The position numbers were made by a program, and so were the translations under genes. Shown here piece by piece: positions 1 to 12,604 of a DNA stretch of 60,680 nt. The notes under the pieces are model-generated. The model saw only the letters and a list, made by a program, of their open reading frames with translations, was not told the origin of the DNA and did not search any database. Every line of letters begins with the position of its first letter. The first letter of the stretch is position 1. The DNA comes from Negaprion brevirostris (lineage: Eukaryota): assembly GCA_030324005.1 (NCBI GenBank), contig JARDVH010000097.1, forward strand, positions 65,922,607 through 65,983,286, written 5' to 3'.

Positions 1-49
1 AGCCACAATTGACAATGTCTGATCCAGAGGCAACAAATGACTACTGGGT

Positions 50-745
50 GTTGCAGGCAGGGCCAATATTTGTTGCTTGTCCCTAATTGCTACTGAGAAG
101 GTGGTGGTGAGCTGCCTTCTTGAATTGCTGCAGTTGACTTGGTGTGGGTACTCCCAATGTTTGGAATGGTGTTCCAGGATTTTGATCCAGTGACAGTGAA
201 GGAACAGCAATGTTGCTCCAAGTCAGGTTGATGTGTGGCTTGGAGCTGAATTTGTAGGTGGTGGTGGTTTCATTCATTTATTGCCCTTGTCCTTCTAAAT
301 GATAGAAGTAGCAAATTTGGAAGGTACTGTTAAAGGAGTCATGGTGAATTGTGGTGGCACATTTTGCTGTCACTGTGCATGAAGAGGGGGTGAATGTTTA
401 AGTTGGTGGATGGGATGCCAATCAAACGCACTGCTTTGCCCTGGAGTGTGCCAAACTTGAGTGTTGTTCGTGCTGCAGTCATCCAGGCAAGTGGGGATTA
501 TTCCATCCCACTCCTGACTTGTGCCTTGTAGATGGTAGACAGACTTTGGAGAGTGAGAAGGTGAATTATGTGTCTCAGTCATCACAGTCAGAGACTGACT
601 TGTTCCTGTAGCCACAGTATATAGTTCAGTTTCTGGTCAATGGTCACCCCCAGGATATTGATATTGGTGGATTCAACAATGGTAATGCCCTTGAGTATCA
701 AGGGAGGTGGTTAAATTCTTCTTGGAGATGGTCATCTTCTAACAC
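50..745 (-). mobile_element. CR1/L2-group LINE ('family B') 3' portion, degenerate
   Basis: Minus strand encodes decayed RT C-terminus (YKAQVRS.MEY.PLAW; FKKAAHHHLL) and the same 3' tail seen at 24380-24450, 47960-48040 and 50670-50760. Confidence 0.75.
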
Positions 746-1220
746 ATATGTAGTGTGTGAATTAATGTTTTTTTTAATGGGATGAACATAGAATGTGCAG
801 AAATACCTTTGTTTCAATATTGTTGGAAGCCGATCTTAAGAATTGGATTGGATCACCTTTGGTCAGCTGTAGTAGTAAACATTTTGACTGGATGCTTACC
901 ATTCATAGTACTGCAGTAAATGAGATGACAATTAGAAAGCAGAAAGTTTTGCACCTAGTAAGTCAAAAACCATGCTGTGATTCATTATCCCAGCTTCATT
1001 AATATGTTAGATAGCTTGTTTTTAAAATAAATCTCAAATAGTTGTTCCCAGAAGCGTTCCACAGCTTTAATGATCTTCAGTAACATTGTTGCATAACAAA
1101 GATTGTTGTAATAGAAATTGGGTATTTTTGACTCTAGTTTGTAGTTTGTGTTTTTTTGATGTACTTTGTTAGTTTAAACTAGCTTGCATCAAACAAGATA
1201 GCCCCTCAAAATAGATAAAG

Positions 1221-1460
1221 GCAAATTACTGTGGATGCTGGAAACTGAAACAAAAACATAAAATGCTGCAAAATCTCAACAGTTCTGGCAGCATCTTTGG
1301 AGAGAGAACAGAACTAACGCTTCAAGTCTGAGTGACCCTGCATCAGTGACAAAGGCTTAGAGTGACAAAGTGTCATCCAGACTCGAAACATTAGCTCTGT
1401 TCTCTGTCCACAGATGTAGTCAGACATGCTGAGATTTTCCAGCGTTTTCTGTTTTTGTTG
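1221..1460. mobile_element. Penelope-like element terminal repeats in inverted arrangement
   Basis: Arms 1249-1345 and 1363-1459 are reverse complements. The same unit recurs at 9632, 42500, 43765, 45363/46091 and 52930. Confidence 0.65.
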
Positions 1461-1829
1461 TGTGTGAAACTGCATATTGGAAGAATGCCTGTTTTTAAGC
1501 TCTGCATGAAGTAGTTGAACTCTATTTGACTAACTGATTTATATCTGGGGATAGAGCCACTAAGCATAGCAAATATCAGAAACAATTCTGTCCATCAAGA
1601 TAGCCTTAAAACAGCCAGAATTATTATCACCACAGGTGGCTGTCAGCATGTCTAATGCACTTACAGTCCATTTTTTAACAGCCTTGCTCTTGTGCTGATT
1701 CTTTTCAAGTTGCAACTATATTTAGCAGAGTTTTCATGGGTATATGAATTGGAGTGTTTGCAGTTTTCACTCAGTTGCAACAGATTCAGAAGTTTGGTGC
1801 AAGCCGCTAATAAGGGAAGTTACATTATT

Positions 1830-2008
1830 TCAAAATAGAGTATAAAAGCTGGCGTCTAATGTTGCAGTTGTATAGAACGTTGGTTAGACCACATTTAGAG
1901 TACTGCGTCCAGTTCTGGTTGCCTTACTACTGGAAGGATGTGGAGACCCTGGAGAGAGTGCAGAGGAGGTTTACCAGGATGCTGCCTGGTATGGAAGGAC
2001 TGGGTTAT
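1830..2008 (+). mobile_element. CR1 LINE ORF2 fragment
   Basis: LQLYRTLVRPHLEYCVQFW..LERVQRRFTRMLPG, a CR1 signature. Runs into an N gap. Confidence 0.9.
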
Positions 2009-2117
2009 NNNNNNNNNNNNNNNNNNNNNNNNNNNNNNNNNNNNNNNNNNNNNNNNNNNNNNNNNNNNNNNNNNNNNNNNNNNNNNNNNNNNNNNNNNNN
2101 NNNNNNNNNNNNNNNNG

Positions 2118-2479
2118 GGGGTCTTGAAGATTGGGGCAGGCCAGGAATTGTCGAGGGACCAACAATTAGGCTTTGCGGAGGTAGAGTGGTGCAGGGGTCA
2201 TGGGGCTAGTCAGCAACCGAGCTTGCCAGCAATTAGGAGGCCAGCAGTGCAGGGCCGCTGTGCATGCACCAATCTCAGCACTTGCTCAGCGCACCGATTT
2301 CAGCCTCACCAGTGGGAATAGGCCCTGCCCCCTGAAATTTAATGACATTTACACTGGTGACCTCTGCAATGCAGTAAGTGTGGGAGATTCTTCTGTGAAC
2401 TCCCACTAAAAAAACAGCGTGAATTACTCCAGTTTCCACACAAGTTCGACACTTAGAATTTTTGGGGGATAATTCCAGC
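2118..2479. mobile_element. Right part of a Harbinger-type MITE
   Basis: GC-rich body ending gggggataattccagc, resembling the termini of the elements at 17717, 45394 and 48535. Left end lost in a gap. Confidence 0.45.
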
Positions 2480-4436
2480 TGAGATTTGCCTCTGTAAGCT
2501 TTTCTGCCTTAAAAAAATCGATAACTCTTTTCTTACACCCCTCTCTCCAATTTTAAGACACACAGACTAAGCATTTGGTCATGCATCATACTTTTTATTT
2601 TTGGCTGATGTTCTGATTATTCCTAATTATGTGTCTGAAATATCTTGGGATGTTTTTCTATATTTAAAGGCTGTACATAAATATATTGTCGGTCAGCAAT
2701 TTTGATGAATCAGTTTTACAAAAACAGGGGTCCAGTGCGCTAACCTATTAAAATTAGAGTGCCTAAGGTCCTGGTAGGATTAGTATATACTCTCAATTGC
2801 TAGGAGATGCCTACCAGCGTTCCAGAGTACATGGCTGGTGAGGGAAGGGGAATCATCTGTGCAGTTTGTGAGAGAAAGACAGGGATCTTGCAACAAGGGC
2901 ATTTCAGAGAAAATTCTCAAAGTCTTGGAGCACTTAAGGTAGGTTTGTAAGCACAAGGAAGGGATAATGAGAGGAGTGAATGAAGTCTGCAAGGGGTGAC
3001 CCCAGGGCACAGCAGAATTTGGAAGATAGGAAGAACTAGGAGCATTGACAAAATTAGCGAGGGGAAGAGGAGATGATGCCTAAGGACATTATGAGGGAGA
3101 GAACTTAGGGGAATAGAAGTTGCACTGACATTGGCCCCTTTTGCAACTTCAGACTTCGACCCCATATATTTCTACGTGAAACATTTTGTCAATTGTCAGC
3201 TGGTGCCTGTATTTTATATTCTTACTTATAAGTATTGAAGGGGTACACGTTCCTGATGCACACAGCAGTGTGTTCTCAATGAGTTTACCAACTGATACCA
3301 ATTTATTGAACAGAGATTTTCAAATTCAAACAAAAAAAACTCATAAAATACACGTATTATTTGTGCAGTCTGCATATTTTTAAAAAACTGTTAACATGCT
3401 TCAGAAAAGATCTTTTTAAATTTAACACGTATAAGCAAAAGTGACTGTCGATTTATAAACAAAATGATTCATTACTGTGTCCTTCTACAGTTGACACAAA
3501 GAACTCCCCAAGAAAGGCCACCACACACTGGTGGTGCTATTCTCACCTGCTGCATTTGCTTTTCTGTGAGTTCTCACTTGTTAAATGCATTTTCAAAAGC
3601 CGTTTGCCTGAAATAAAAGTTTTGAGAATTCAAACTCCATCTTTTAAATTTTGTTTTGGAAAGAAACAATAAGATTCCAAGATCCTTGTGAGGAAACCTA
3701 GCTTTCTCCTTTTCAACTCCTGCTCACATCTCAATTCATGCAACAAAATTCTACAAACTGCATGATGACAGTGTGCAACTGTGAATGAAAGTTGTTGCTT
3801 AATTGTAAAATTTTAAAAATGATCCCTAAGCTTTTGAGACAGGCTATAAATTAAAGACAATATGATGAATGCATTCAGTTAACTTTTATGTATTATGTCA
3901 TGTTCAGATTTTTAAATATTTTGTTTAAATGATTATTGAGGGTATTGGAAATTTTGGACAATAAGAAAAACTGGCAAACCAGAAATCTTCAGAGCAAATT
4001 TGCTCCACAGTGTCACCTGCTGACCATGCATTTTAATTTCACACAGTCACGGATTTTTGAATTGAAAAATGACAATAGGCATTCTGGCCAGCTGCACACG
4101 TAACGGAATGCGGCTATTTTAGTTCAGTCTGTAAAAATATTTTTTATTTAAGTTTGTCCTTGCATATCGCAAATGAATATCTTTGGCTTTGTTTTATACC
4201 TATGTACCCTCCTTTTGCCTGGGTCATGCACAGATTCCTTTCGTATTTGGTTGGAAGGTATTCTATTTCTTCTTTACATTAATAATATTCTGGTCTAATA
4301 GGCTTAATCCAATTTAAGTCCTACGCATCTTAAAATCCAGACGCAGTGTTGGATTTTTAATTCCTTTAGTTTGCCTGACTGATTTGAATCTAATAATATG
4401 GTCACTTTTGCCCATTTATTTTGTCATGGACTTTGA

Positions 4437-5004
4437 TGTCAGTCTTTTAATTGATCACAACTTTATCCTTCAAGCAACCAGAACAAGTCACAGAGTTCTC
4501 TTAAACAGCTGTTTTAATGCAAGCTATATAGTGAAAGTCACAGGTCAGTACTAGTAACTAGCCAGAGTCCAGAATTCGGGAATACACAAATAGTTATAGT
4601 TTCAAATTCAATTACAAGCAAGTATCATGTACCAATCAAGATATAGGAGTTATCTTTATCCACTCAGTTATTGATTAAGGATACGTCATTTATAAAATAC
4701 AGACATTAAAACTAATCACAATCATGTTTGCTTAATTATAATATGCAATTAGCATGAAGACTTAATCATGTTAGCTGACCTAATTCATCATTGTTATAAG
4801 TTGTCATCAATGTCCCAGTCTGTGTCCTTGGATATCATTCCCATCTTCCAGTTCCAGATGTCTGATTTAATGAATCCTCTCAGAGTAAAAGCCTTGATGG
4901 TTATCTGTGAAGACTTTTATAAAGAGCTCTGTTTGTTTTAACTCATAGCAGCTTATGTGATTTTTAAACTCGAGTGATTATCAACCTTTTCATATTCTCC
5001 CACA
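4437..5004 (-). mobile_element. Putative solo LTR
   Basis: On the minus strand starts TGTGGGAG and ends GACTGACA, with a TATA-like CTATAA followed by ATTAAA. Flanks ttga/tgga form an imperfect 4-bp TSD. Confidence 0.4.
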
Positions 5005-5104
5005 TGGAGGTCTATTATTGCATCAGGATCATGACTAAAGTTGGGTATCTATTTTTCTTGTAACTGGTACCTGTAATGTCTGCAAGTCTTTCAAGTGTCC
5101 TGCC

Positions 5105-5350
5105 CTCAGTGGATTTCCTGAACTGTCAGTTAAAAATACACCGAATGGCTGCCTGCCCAGGGCACTATTCAAAAAGAAGAGTAGACAGTTTTGGAGTCTT
5201 GTCCAAATCTTCATTAGCCAACAATACCAACATCAGATTAACATAATTGGTCATTTACCTCATTGCTGTTTGTAGGATCTTGTGCACATTAGTGGTAAGT
5301 GTCCGATGTATTTCATTTTTTTGTGAGCCACTTTGCAATGTTTCTGAGGC
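5105..5350 (+). mobile_element. Deu-domain SINE (SacSINE1/AmnSINE-like) remnant
   Basis: ggtcatttacctcattgctgtttgtaggatcttgtgcac resembles the Deu-SINE core and is shared with 5835-6150 and 18510-18840. Confidence 0.5.
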
Positions 5351-5834
5351 ATTTGTTAAATCATCATTAAAATGTAAAATCTTTGTTGCTATATTGATTG
5401 AGGAAATGTGAAAGGAGGCAGGTGACATATTTTAAATGAGCCTCCTGGATCTCGGGTGTTTACATTGAGGCATGGTGCTGCATTTATGATATACTAGCTT
5501 TCAGTTCCTGATCAGTATGCTGCTTCACAGAGAGGAGGAAGGATTGACGTGGCACACTGCCGCTTTTCCTTGAAGATCAGTTTTTATTCTGGCTGACACA
5601 ACATCAGGGAAAGCTTAGGAACAGGTCCTGTTAAATAGCGGGCTGTTACGGAAGCAGAGCTTCTTTTGGTGGAGAGTAGCAAAATGGCTGCACAAATGTC
5701 TTGATGCTTGTTCTTACGAGGAAAGCTCATGGCCATATTTGTCCATTATCCCCGTTTTAACTGTTGGCCTGAACTCAGTGTTACCATGGGTAGGTAAAGG
5801 CTCAAGCCACACTCAAGCAGACAGACCTGGTTGG

Positions 5835-6150
5835 CATGCTGCAGTGCTGAGGATGCACTCCACTGATACAAAAGCTGTCTTTTGAATGAGACATCAAACC
5901 TAGGTCCTGAATACTGTTCGATCCCTCATGATGCTGTCCAAAGGAAGTGCATGGAAATTTTCCACTATGTCCTGGCTGACGTTTATCCTTCAGCCAAAGT
6001 TGNNNNNNNNNNAAAAGTTTAATTGGTGATTTGTCTCATTGATGTTTGTGAGACCTTGGTGTGCTTCTGACACTATTAGCAGTGGTCACATCTCGAAAAC
6101 TAATTCATTAGTTGAGACACACAGAGGTTTGACAGATGCCACCTAATTAC
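5835..6150 (+). mobile_element. Deu-domain SINE remnant
   Basis: gcagtgctgagg..gctgtcttttgaatgagacatcaaacc..gtcctggctgacgtttatcc..ctcattgatgtttgtgagacctt. Confidence 0.55.
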
Positions 6151-6859
6151 AAGTTTGTTGATTTTGTCTATAGTTTATCTGGGGTTGGGGATAGCTAACC
6201 AAAAAGGAAGCAAGGAAGAACAAAATATCTTGAAAATAAACTCATACTTTTTTAAGAAGTCCAATTCAAAATTAAATATTTGAATTTTATAGTCAAATTC
6301 CAGAAGTTTAAAATAACAAAATTTGCTTGAGACTGTATTCCCTTACTATAAGTGAGGTTTATGACATGTTTCCTCTTAATGTATTACCAGCATTGGAGAA
6401 TCCACAAGATGGCGCTTCTGAGCTGCAATCATATAGAGCATAGTTCTATCAAATATTTATTTCAGTACTCTACAAGTATCACCTGCAAGTTCCTTTAACG
6501 TAGATCTAAATATTACTGTACCTTTTGCAGTAAAATATACAAAGTTAAAAGGACATGAATACAAGCCAGCTGAGAAGGTCCTTAGAGTCTTAATAGATTT
6601 GACAGTTAACCAATGCAGAGCAGCATTCGACTAAGCCAATAGCCTGTTAAATGATGCAGCCAGAACAATAGAGGACAGATCAGCAGCAGTCACAAACAAA
6701 CTCGCGTAATGGTCGTACCAGACAAGAACAAGATTTCCTGCAAGTTGCTAGGATGTTCTGAGCTAGTCACATGTCCCACAGATATTCACACCACCAAAGA
6801 GAGCCAGTGGAAGGCTCCTCGGAGTCGAGGGCTACTCCCTAAGGAGCATCCTAAGAGTG

Positions 6860-7030
6860 CTTACTGAGCATTGGAATGTTGAAGATGCAGTCCAGGTACC
6901 TAGGTAGACCTGGGGATGTGCCTGGATAGGTCTGGGGACGGCCTTCAGTATGTCAGCAAAGTTTGCTGAACACAGAACAATTGTAGTGTGCTGCACTTGC
7001 ATAACGTAACCCAGCAGAGAGGACTACAGC
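6860..7030 (+). pseudogene. PIF/Harbinger DDE transposase C-terminal remnant
   Basis: Frameshifted IGMLKMQSRYL / CLDRSGDGLQY / IVVCC / LHNVTQQRG, matching the Harbinger motif IG.LK.RFRCL..SGG.LQY..IV.CC.LHN. Confidence 0.65.
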
Positions 7031-7489
7031 TGCTAAAATGGTGATGACCGTTCTGCATCTTTGGAGGTTGGAGGAAGGGGCTTGACCTGCCAAAGGGGAT
7101 CTGCAGCCATTCATTCTGTTGTCAGCAATGTCAGGAATTCATTTAGGCATTCTTCAGCTAATCTGAGGTAGTGCAACTGTCTGACAGACCAATTCGGCAC
7201 TCTAGAGCTCTAAGCACAAAGCAGTACCATAAAGCAATCCATTCCCTGTCACTGAAATCCATTGATTTTCTTTTACTCTTGCTATACCATTTTCCCCAAG
7301 GCTGAAGATCACTTGACAGGAGGCAATAGGGAGGATGGGATAATGAAGCTCTGAAAGAAAGGTTCATAAGCATCGAACTGAGAAGTAGAGCCAGAGGCAG
7401 GCTGCTTATTCCCCTGCTCTGATGGTTCAGATGCTTGGGGATGATGTCCTGTGGCCTTTGGAGTTTGTGAGAGGCCCATACAAAGATGT

Positions 7490-7952
7490 GTAGTCTGTGG
7501 ATAAAGGGGAATCTGTGGACGTACTATACTTAGATTTCCAGAAAACATATAATAAATGTGTCTTTTCTGGTTGGCAATATGTAACGAGTGGTGTGCCACA
7601 GGAATCATTGCTGGGACATCAGCTATTTACAATTTATATAAATGACTTGGATGAAGGGATTGAAAGGCAACCTGTGATTGCCAATTTTGCTGATGACACA
7701 AAGATAAGTGGAAAAGTAAGTTGCGAAAAGCAGATAAAGAGGCTGCAAAAAGATATAGATAAGCTAAGTAAACGAACAAAGATCTGGCAAACGTATTATA
7801 ATGTGGGAAATGCAAAATTCTCCATTTTTGGCAAGAAGAATAACAAATAAGCTTATTTAAATGATGAGAGATTGCAGAGCTCTAAGGTGCTGTGTACAGC
7901 ATTGATCACCTTATTCAAGGAAGGATGTAAATGTATTGGAAGCAGTTTGGAG
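7490..7952 (+). mobile_element. CR1 LINE RT fragment with internal deletions
   Basis: VDVLYLDFQK..GVPQES.LG..FTIYINDLD..FADDTK. Confidence 0.9.
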
Positions 7953-8879
7953 NNNNNNNNNNNNNNNNNNNNNNNNNNNNNNNNNNNNNNNNNNNNNNNN
8001 NNNNNNNNNNNNNNNNNNNNNNNNNNNNNNNNNNNNNNNNNNNNNNNNNNNNCTTCTGATACTGCTCCAGAATACTTTTTTTCATCAATAAACCCTGAGG
8101 CTCAGCTTCTGTGTCCAATTTAGCAGAGCTTTTTAGTGTCTAGTGCCTTCTGATTGGGACTTTCCACTGCTGTCCGTCTTCAGCATCTGCTCACTTATGA
8201 TGTATGCCTCATCACATAGCAACCCTGCCTTCATTGAGGTGTGTATATCTAAATTGGTGGAGAGATCACATGAGTCATGTGATCAAATTAAGTCACCTCT
8301 GAGGAATCTTCACTATCCTCCTGCACCCGACTCTGAGGAACACTTCACCAATTTAGCAAGTTTGGTCAAACATGGGCAAGGAAACCTCCTGCTAATTAAC
8401 ACTAACCTACTCCCTCAGCGGATGAGTCAGTATTTTTCCATGTTAAGTAGTGGTAAACATAGAGAGTAGCAAGGGCACAGGATTAGTCAGTGCAGGGGTC
8501 CTCTGCACATCATCAAGAGTGGCTCAGTACTGATGGAACTGGCCAGGTTCTGAACACTGGGCCTGTGGCATGTGAGAGATCCACCGCAAGGGTGAAACTG
8601 ACTTCACATTGTCCTCACCAGTCTACTCGTTTGTCTACGACAGTGTTGGTGGGAGCGAAATCCTGTCTCCGAACTGAGGACACCCTCCATCTGTTTTGTA
8701 ACATCACCAGTGAACTAAATGGGAGCTGACAGGAGCCTCTCTTACAGTCTACCTGATATTATCTATTCACCTCACCAAAGATCAACTGCTCTCTGGTGCC
8801 AGCATTAAATACTGCCTATGTGGAAAACCTCCGTCATCTCTGTGCCAAAATAAACTGACCGTCACAGACATACATGATC

Positions 8880-9175
8880 TACATGAAATTTATCATCGCC
8901 TCCATTGTGGCAGCTTAGCCTTTGGCCAACAAAGGAAAAGAGTACCGAGACCAGAATGACAAACCCGAGACTATGGTCATGGTTTACCAGGCAGCAGTGA
9001 TTCCTGCACTCCAAGTGCTTTGGCAATTTGGACGCCAACAACAGGCACTTCAACGGTGGTAGGATGTAAAACATCCTTCAAATCTGATTGAAAGAAAGGT
9101 AGTCAAGTAGCAATGTCCTTTTCAAGGCAACCTGCCCAGCATCAAAGTACTACTCACTCAAAACCAGGGGGTATG
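8880..9175 (+). mobile_element. RTE-clade LINE fragment
   Basis: Decayed AFG..RKRV..MVYQAAVIPAL..SVL..ANLPSI motif typical of the RTE ORF C-terminus. Confidence 0.55.
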
Positions 9176-9631
9176 GGCAATTAAACTTGGAAATCAAGAG
9201 GTTGCTATTGGAAATGTGCCCCCACCATTTGCTTCGTGGAAATGCTCTCTTGCTGTCTGGCTCACCATTCAAATTCATTGGCAAGAGTTAATTTCCCACA
9301 CTTCCCCTGGAAATACACTTACTATAAAATGGCAAGTATTCATTCCAATTATAAGTACCCTTAATGTGATAATGGTTAATTGGTTAATCAACATTTCAGG
9401 CACCAAAGATTGTTATCAATGTAGTCTCATTTTTCAGGTTTTAGTTGTTGATTTAGATAGTTTTCTAAAATTCTACTTTTTTCTCTTTCTCAATCCAATC
9501 TTATTTATTTTGCCATACATGGTTTGATACTGAGTTCATCATTCTAACTTGCTCAGACTGTGCTGTTCACTTCACAGTCCTTCAATCCCCTTGTTTAAGG
9601 AGATACACAGCTGTTTGCCCTGTTACTGAGA

Positions 9632-9770
9632 TCTGACGATGGGTCATGTAATCTTGAAACATTGACTCTATTCTCTCACCACAGATGCTGTCAGACCTGC
9701 TGAAATTTTCCAGCACTTTTCTGTTTTTGTGTCAGATTCCAGCATCTGCAGTATTTTGTATTTATCATTT
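9632..9770 (+). mobile_element. Penelope-like terminal repeat fragment
   Basis: ctgacgatgggtc..gaaacattgactctattctctcaccacagatgctgtcagacctgctg, same unit as 1363-1459. Confidence 0.6.
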
Positions 9771-10486
9771 TTAAATATTTTGGTTTTCAGATATACTTTT
9801 TTTTCCACAAACACAATGTGAGCATTTTAATTCAACTTTCAGGGTGATGCCTTGCTTCATCAGCTAAATGCAGATCCATTTTGTATGATTAACAAATTTT
9901 ACTTATAGACATGCTGTAATCACCACATTATATTCCATTGAAGATTAATATCAAAATCAAAGATTTTTACTATCAATTTCAAATGTGGCTTGTATAATTT
10001 CTCAGCTGTTCTCTGGAAATATTAGTTACTTCAATTACTTTTGTCTCACGTAGCCCTTCTGATGCCAAGTATGATTGCAGTTCTTTATTGGTCTCACGTT
10101 TTGAAGAAAAGATTAAACTAAATTAACTGAGTAATATTTCAGTGTGTTGATCATAACTAGTTCATTTTATGACTTCCTGTTCAGGACTATTAGACAACAG
10201 ACATTTCAAAGCTAAGAGTTCTGGAAATACAAGGCCATCGAGAACACATTCACATCACAAAGATCCAACTCAGTTACATCTTGCCAATTTGTTTGTGTGA
10301 ATTTGTACTAAAACAAAAGAACCTGTAGGCTTTACATTTTAAAACAACAGAGCATCTTTCTCCTAGCTGCGATTCCTCTAAATGATTTGTGTCAGCTAAA
10401 TGACTGCATTTAGAAATGGCATCTTACCCACTTATCTGTTATTTTGTCAGCAAACTTAGATACACGACACTTAGTCCTCATATTTA

Positions 10487-12604
10487 CAATAATTCCTCAC
10501 TTAATATTCTCTTGTGCAACTTTAAATGAAACAGTGTTAAACAAATCAGATTTTCCCATTACAGCCAGTATAAAAGCTAGATTCTGTAGGACCTTTTCCA
10601 TCAGAAAAAAATTACAACATTACACCCTCTAATTTTAAATACTTTGCTAAATTTCTATATTTGTAAATAAAACAAATTTTAAAATAAAATAAATTCAAAA
10701 ATAAAGAAGAAATATGCTGACTCTTTTTACTTCTATCTGGCTCATCACTCCTCTCACTCATCAATTCTATTATTCAATGTCACTCCCACTCTCTGATACC
10801 CCTATCTTGCCAACTCTTCCACTGCTGGCTCACCTCTCTGCCCACTGCCAGACCATCTGGAACTCTACCTTGCTGGCTCATCGTTAATCATGCTCGTGAA
10901 CTCTCTGAGACATTGATAGTAATCAGAGAGTCAGTGAGAGGGAAAGTTAGTGGCAGTGATCTGGAAGGTCAGCAAGAAGACATGTCAGTGAAGGGGTGAG
11001 ATATAGTCTATCTTACCCTTCTAAACCAAGTGCTTTAGCAATGTTGTAAGAACTGCATTCACACTCTCTGCTTGTCTCCAACTGCTCTGGCTTCCAGTCA
11101 AAACTAAAGAACGGTGTAGTCTGATGGATAAGTCATAAAGGCATCAGCAAAGTGAAGATACCAGCAAAGTCTGATGATTAAAAGAGCTAACTTTGTATTA
11201 GGCTAAGGACTGTGGGAGCAACAAGGAACAGGATGTGCACCCCTGGAACAAGCACAGAAATTGATTGGACAATGGCTGTTGCTATGCCTTGAACTGACAG
11301 TGATTGAACATACCCTGAGTATCATGCTCTTGACAGAATTACGACCCTGAGAGAGGCATGACTCTTCAGCATTTGTGACCAAAAAGACGTTGATTGAGTA
11401 GTGCCAGTCCTGAGCATACCTGACTGGAAGCATGATCAGTGCCAGCAATATCTATATAAAAAGGGGACATCAGTAGCAGTAACCTGGGATCAACCACTAC
11501 AGAAGAGTCTGGGACTCAAGGACATTGGAACAAAGCCCATCAGGAGGAAATCTGATCATTTACATAAGAACATAAGAAATAGGAGCAGGAGTAGGCCATC
11601 TAGCCCTTCGAGCCTGCCCCGCCATTCAATAANNNNNNNNNNNNNNNNNNNNNNNNNNNNNNNNNNNNNNNNNNNNNNNNNNNNNNNNNNNNNNNNNNNN
11701 NNNNNNNNNNNNNNNNNNNNNNNNNNNNNNNNAAACTTACTTAAACAGGTTTTTAACAGGTAATTTCTTATCTGTCTCTCTGCTCCTTCACTCGTCTGCT
11801 CCAGCACACAATGCTGATTAGCCTCACAGCAGATAGTATCTCAGTCCAAGTTGTGAGTTTGGATATTTTGTGAAGCTTTTGATACCTTCTGAATACCTTG
11901 TGTACAACAAAGTAGAGCTTAGTTATTTTGTGTATAATAAAGTAAATCAGAAGTTAGTTACGCAGTGTAGAACAAAGGAAGTCAGTGGTTAAATATTTTG
12001 TGGGTAACAAAGCAAAGACAGAGGTTGAATACTTTGTGTATGACGAAGTTTTATGCCTGGTGTACTAAAGTATGTGTAGTAGAGTTTGACACTTTTGTAG
12101 TAACTTGGTAGAGCACAATAAAGGAAATTTATTATACAATAATTCGTGAGTTTGAGTTTCTTTATTAATGGCGTCAGTTGACCTGAGTTACAGGGCAACT
12201 AAAGGAAATGTCTTCCCGTGAGAAGTGGACCTCCTGTTGCTAAGCAACATGCTTATTTATTTATTTATTTTTTCCCCTCGTAACCCTCTCTAAGCACAAT
12301 AGAAATCCAGTTGGAACTTAACCAACCCCCACACATACCCAGCATGAATTTTACTACAGGTTTCACCCTTCCAGGTACATAAACTTAAAATAAACGCATT
12401 GAATACTATATTTCTAATGTTTACCAATACAAATATAAATCCCTTAAAACTACCTTTGTTTGTCCAACAATGAGCAGGGTCCTATAGAACCTAACTACAC
12501 CTCTCACTTTATTTATGATGGGAATATCAAATTTGCTTAATATTGTTTCATTTAAAGTTGCACTTTGCAGGAACACAGCTACAACATTAAACAGTGACTT
12601 ACGA
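10487..12604. mobile_element. Tc1/mariner Tigger-like DNA transposon relic with long TIRs, containing nested repeats
   Basis: 10487-10593 and 12478-12604 are inverted copies sharing GTGCAACTTTAAATGAAACA. TA dinucleotides lie at 10485-86 and 12605-06. Confidence 0.6.
11563..11632 (-). mobile_element. CR1 3' end
   Basis: cataagaacataagaaataggagcaggagtaggcc.. is the reverse complement of a CR1 3' UTR with its tandem tail. Runs into a gap. Confidence 0.8.
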
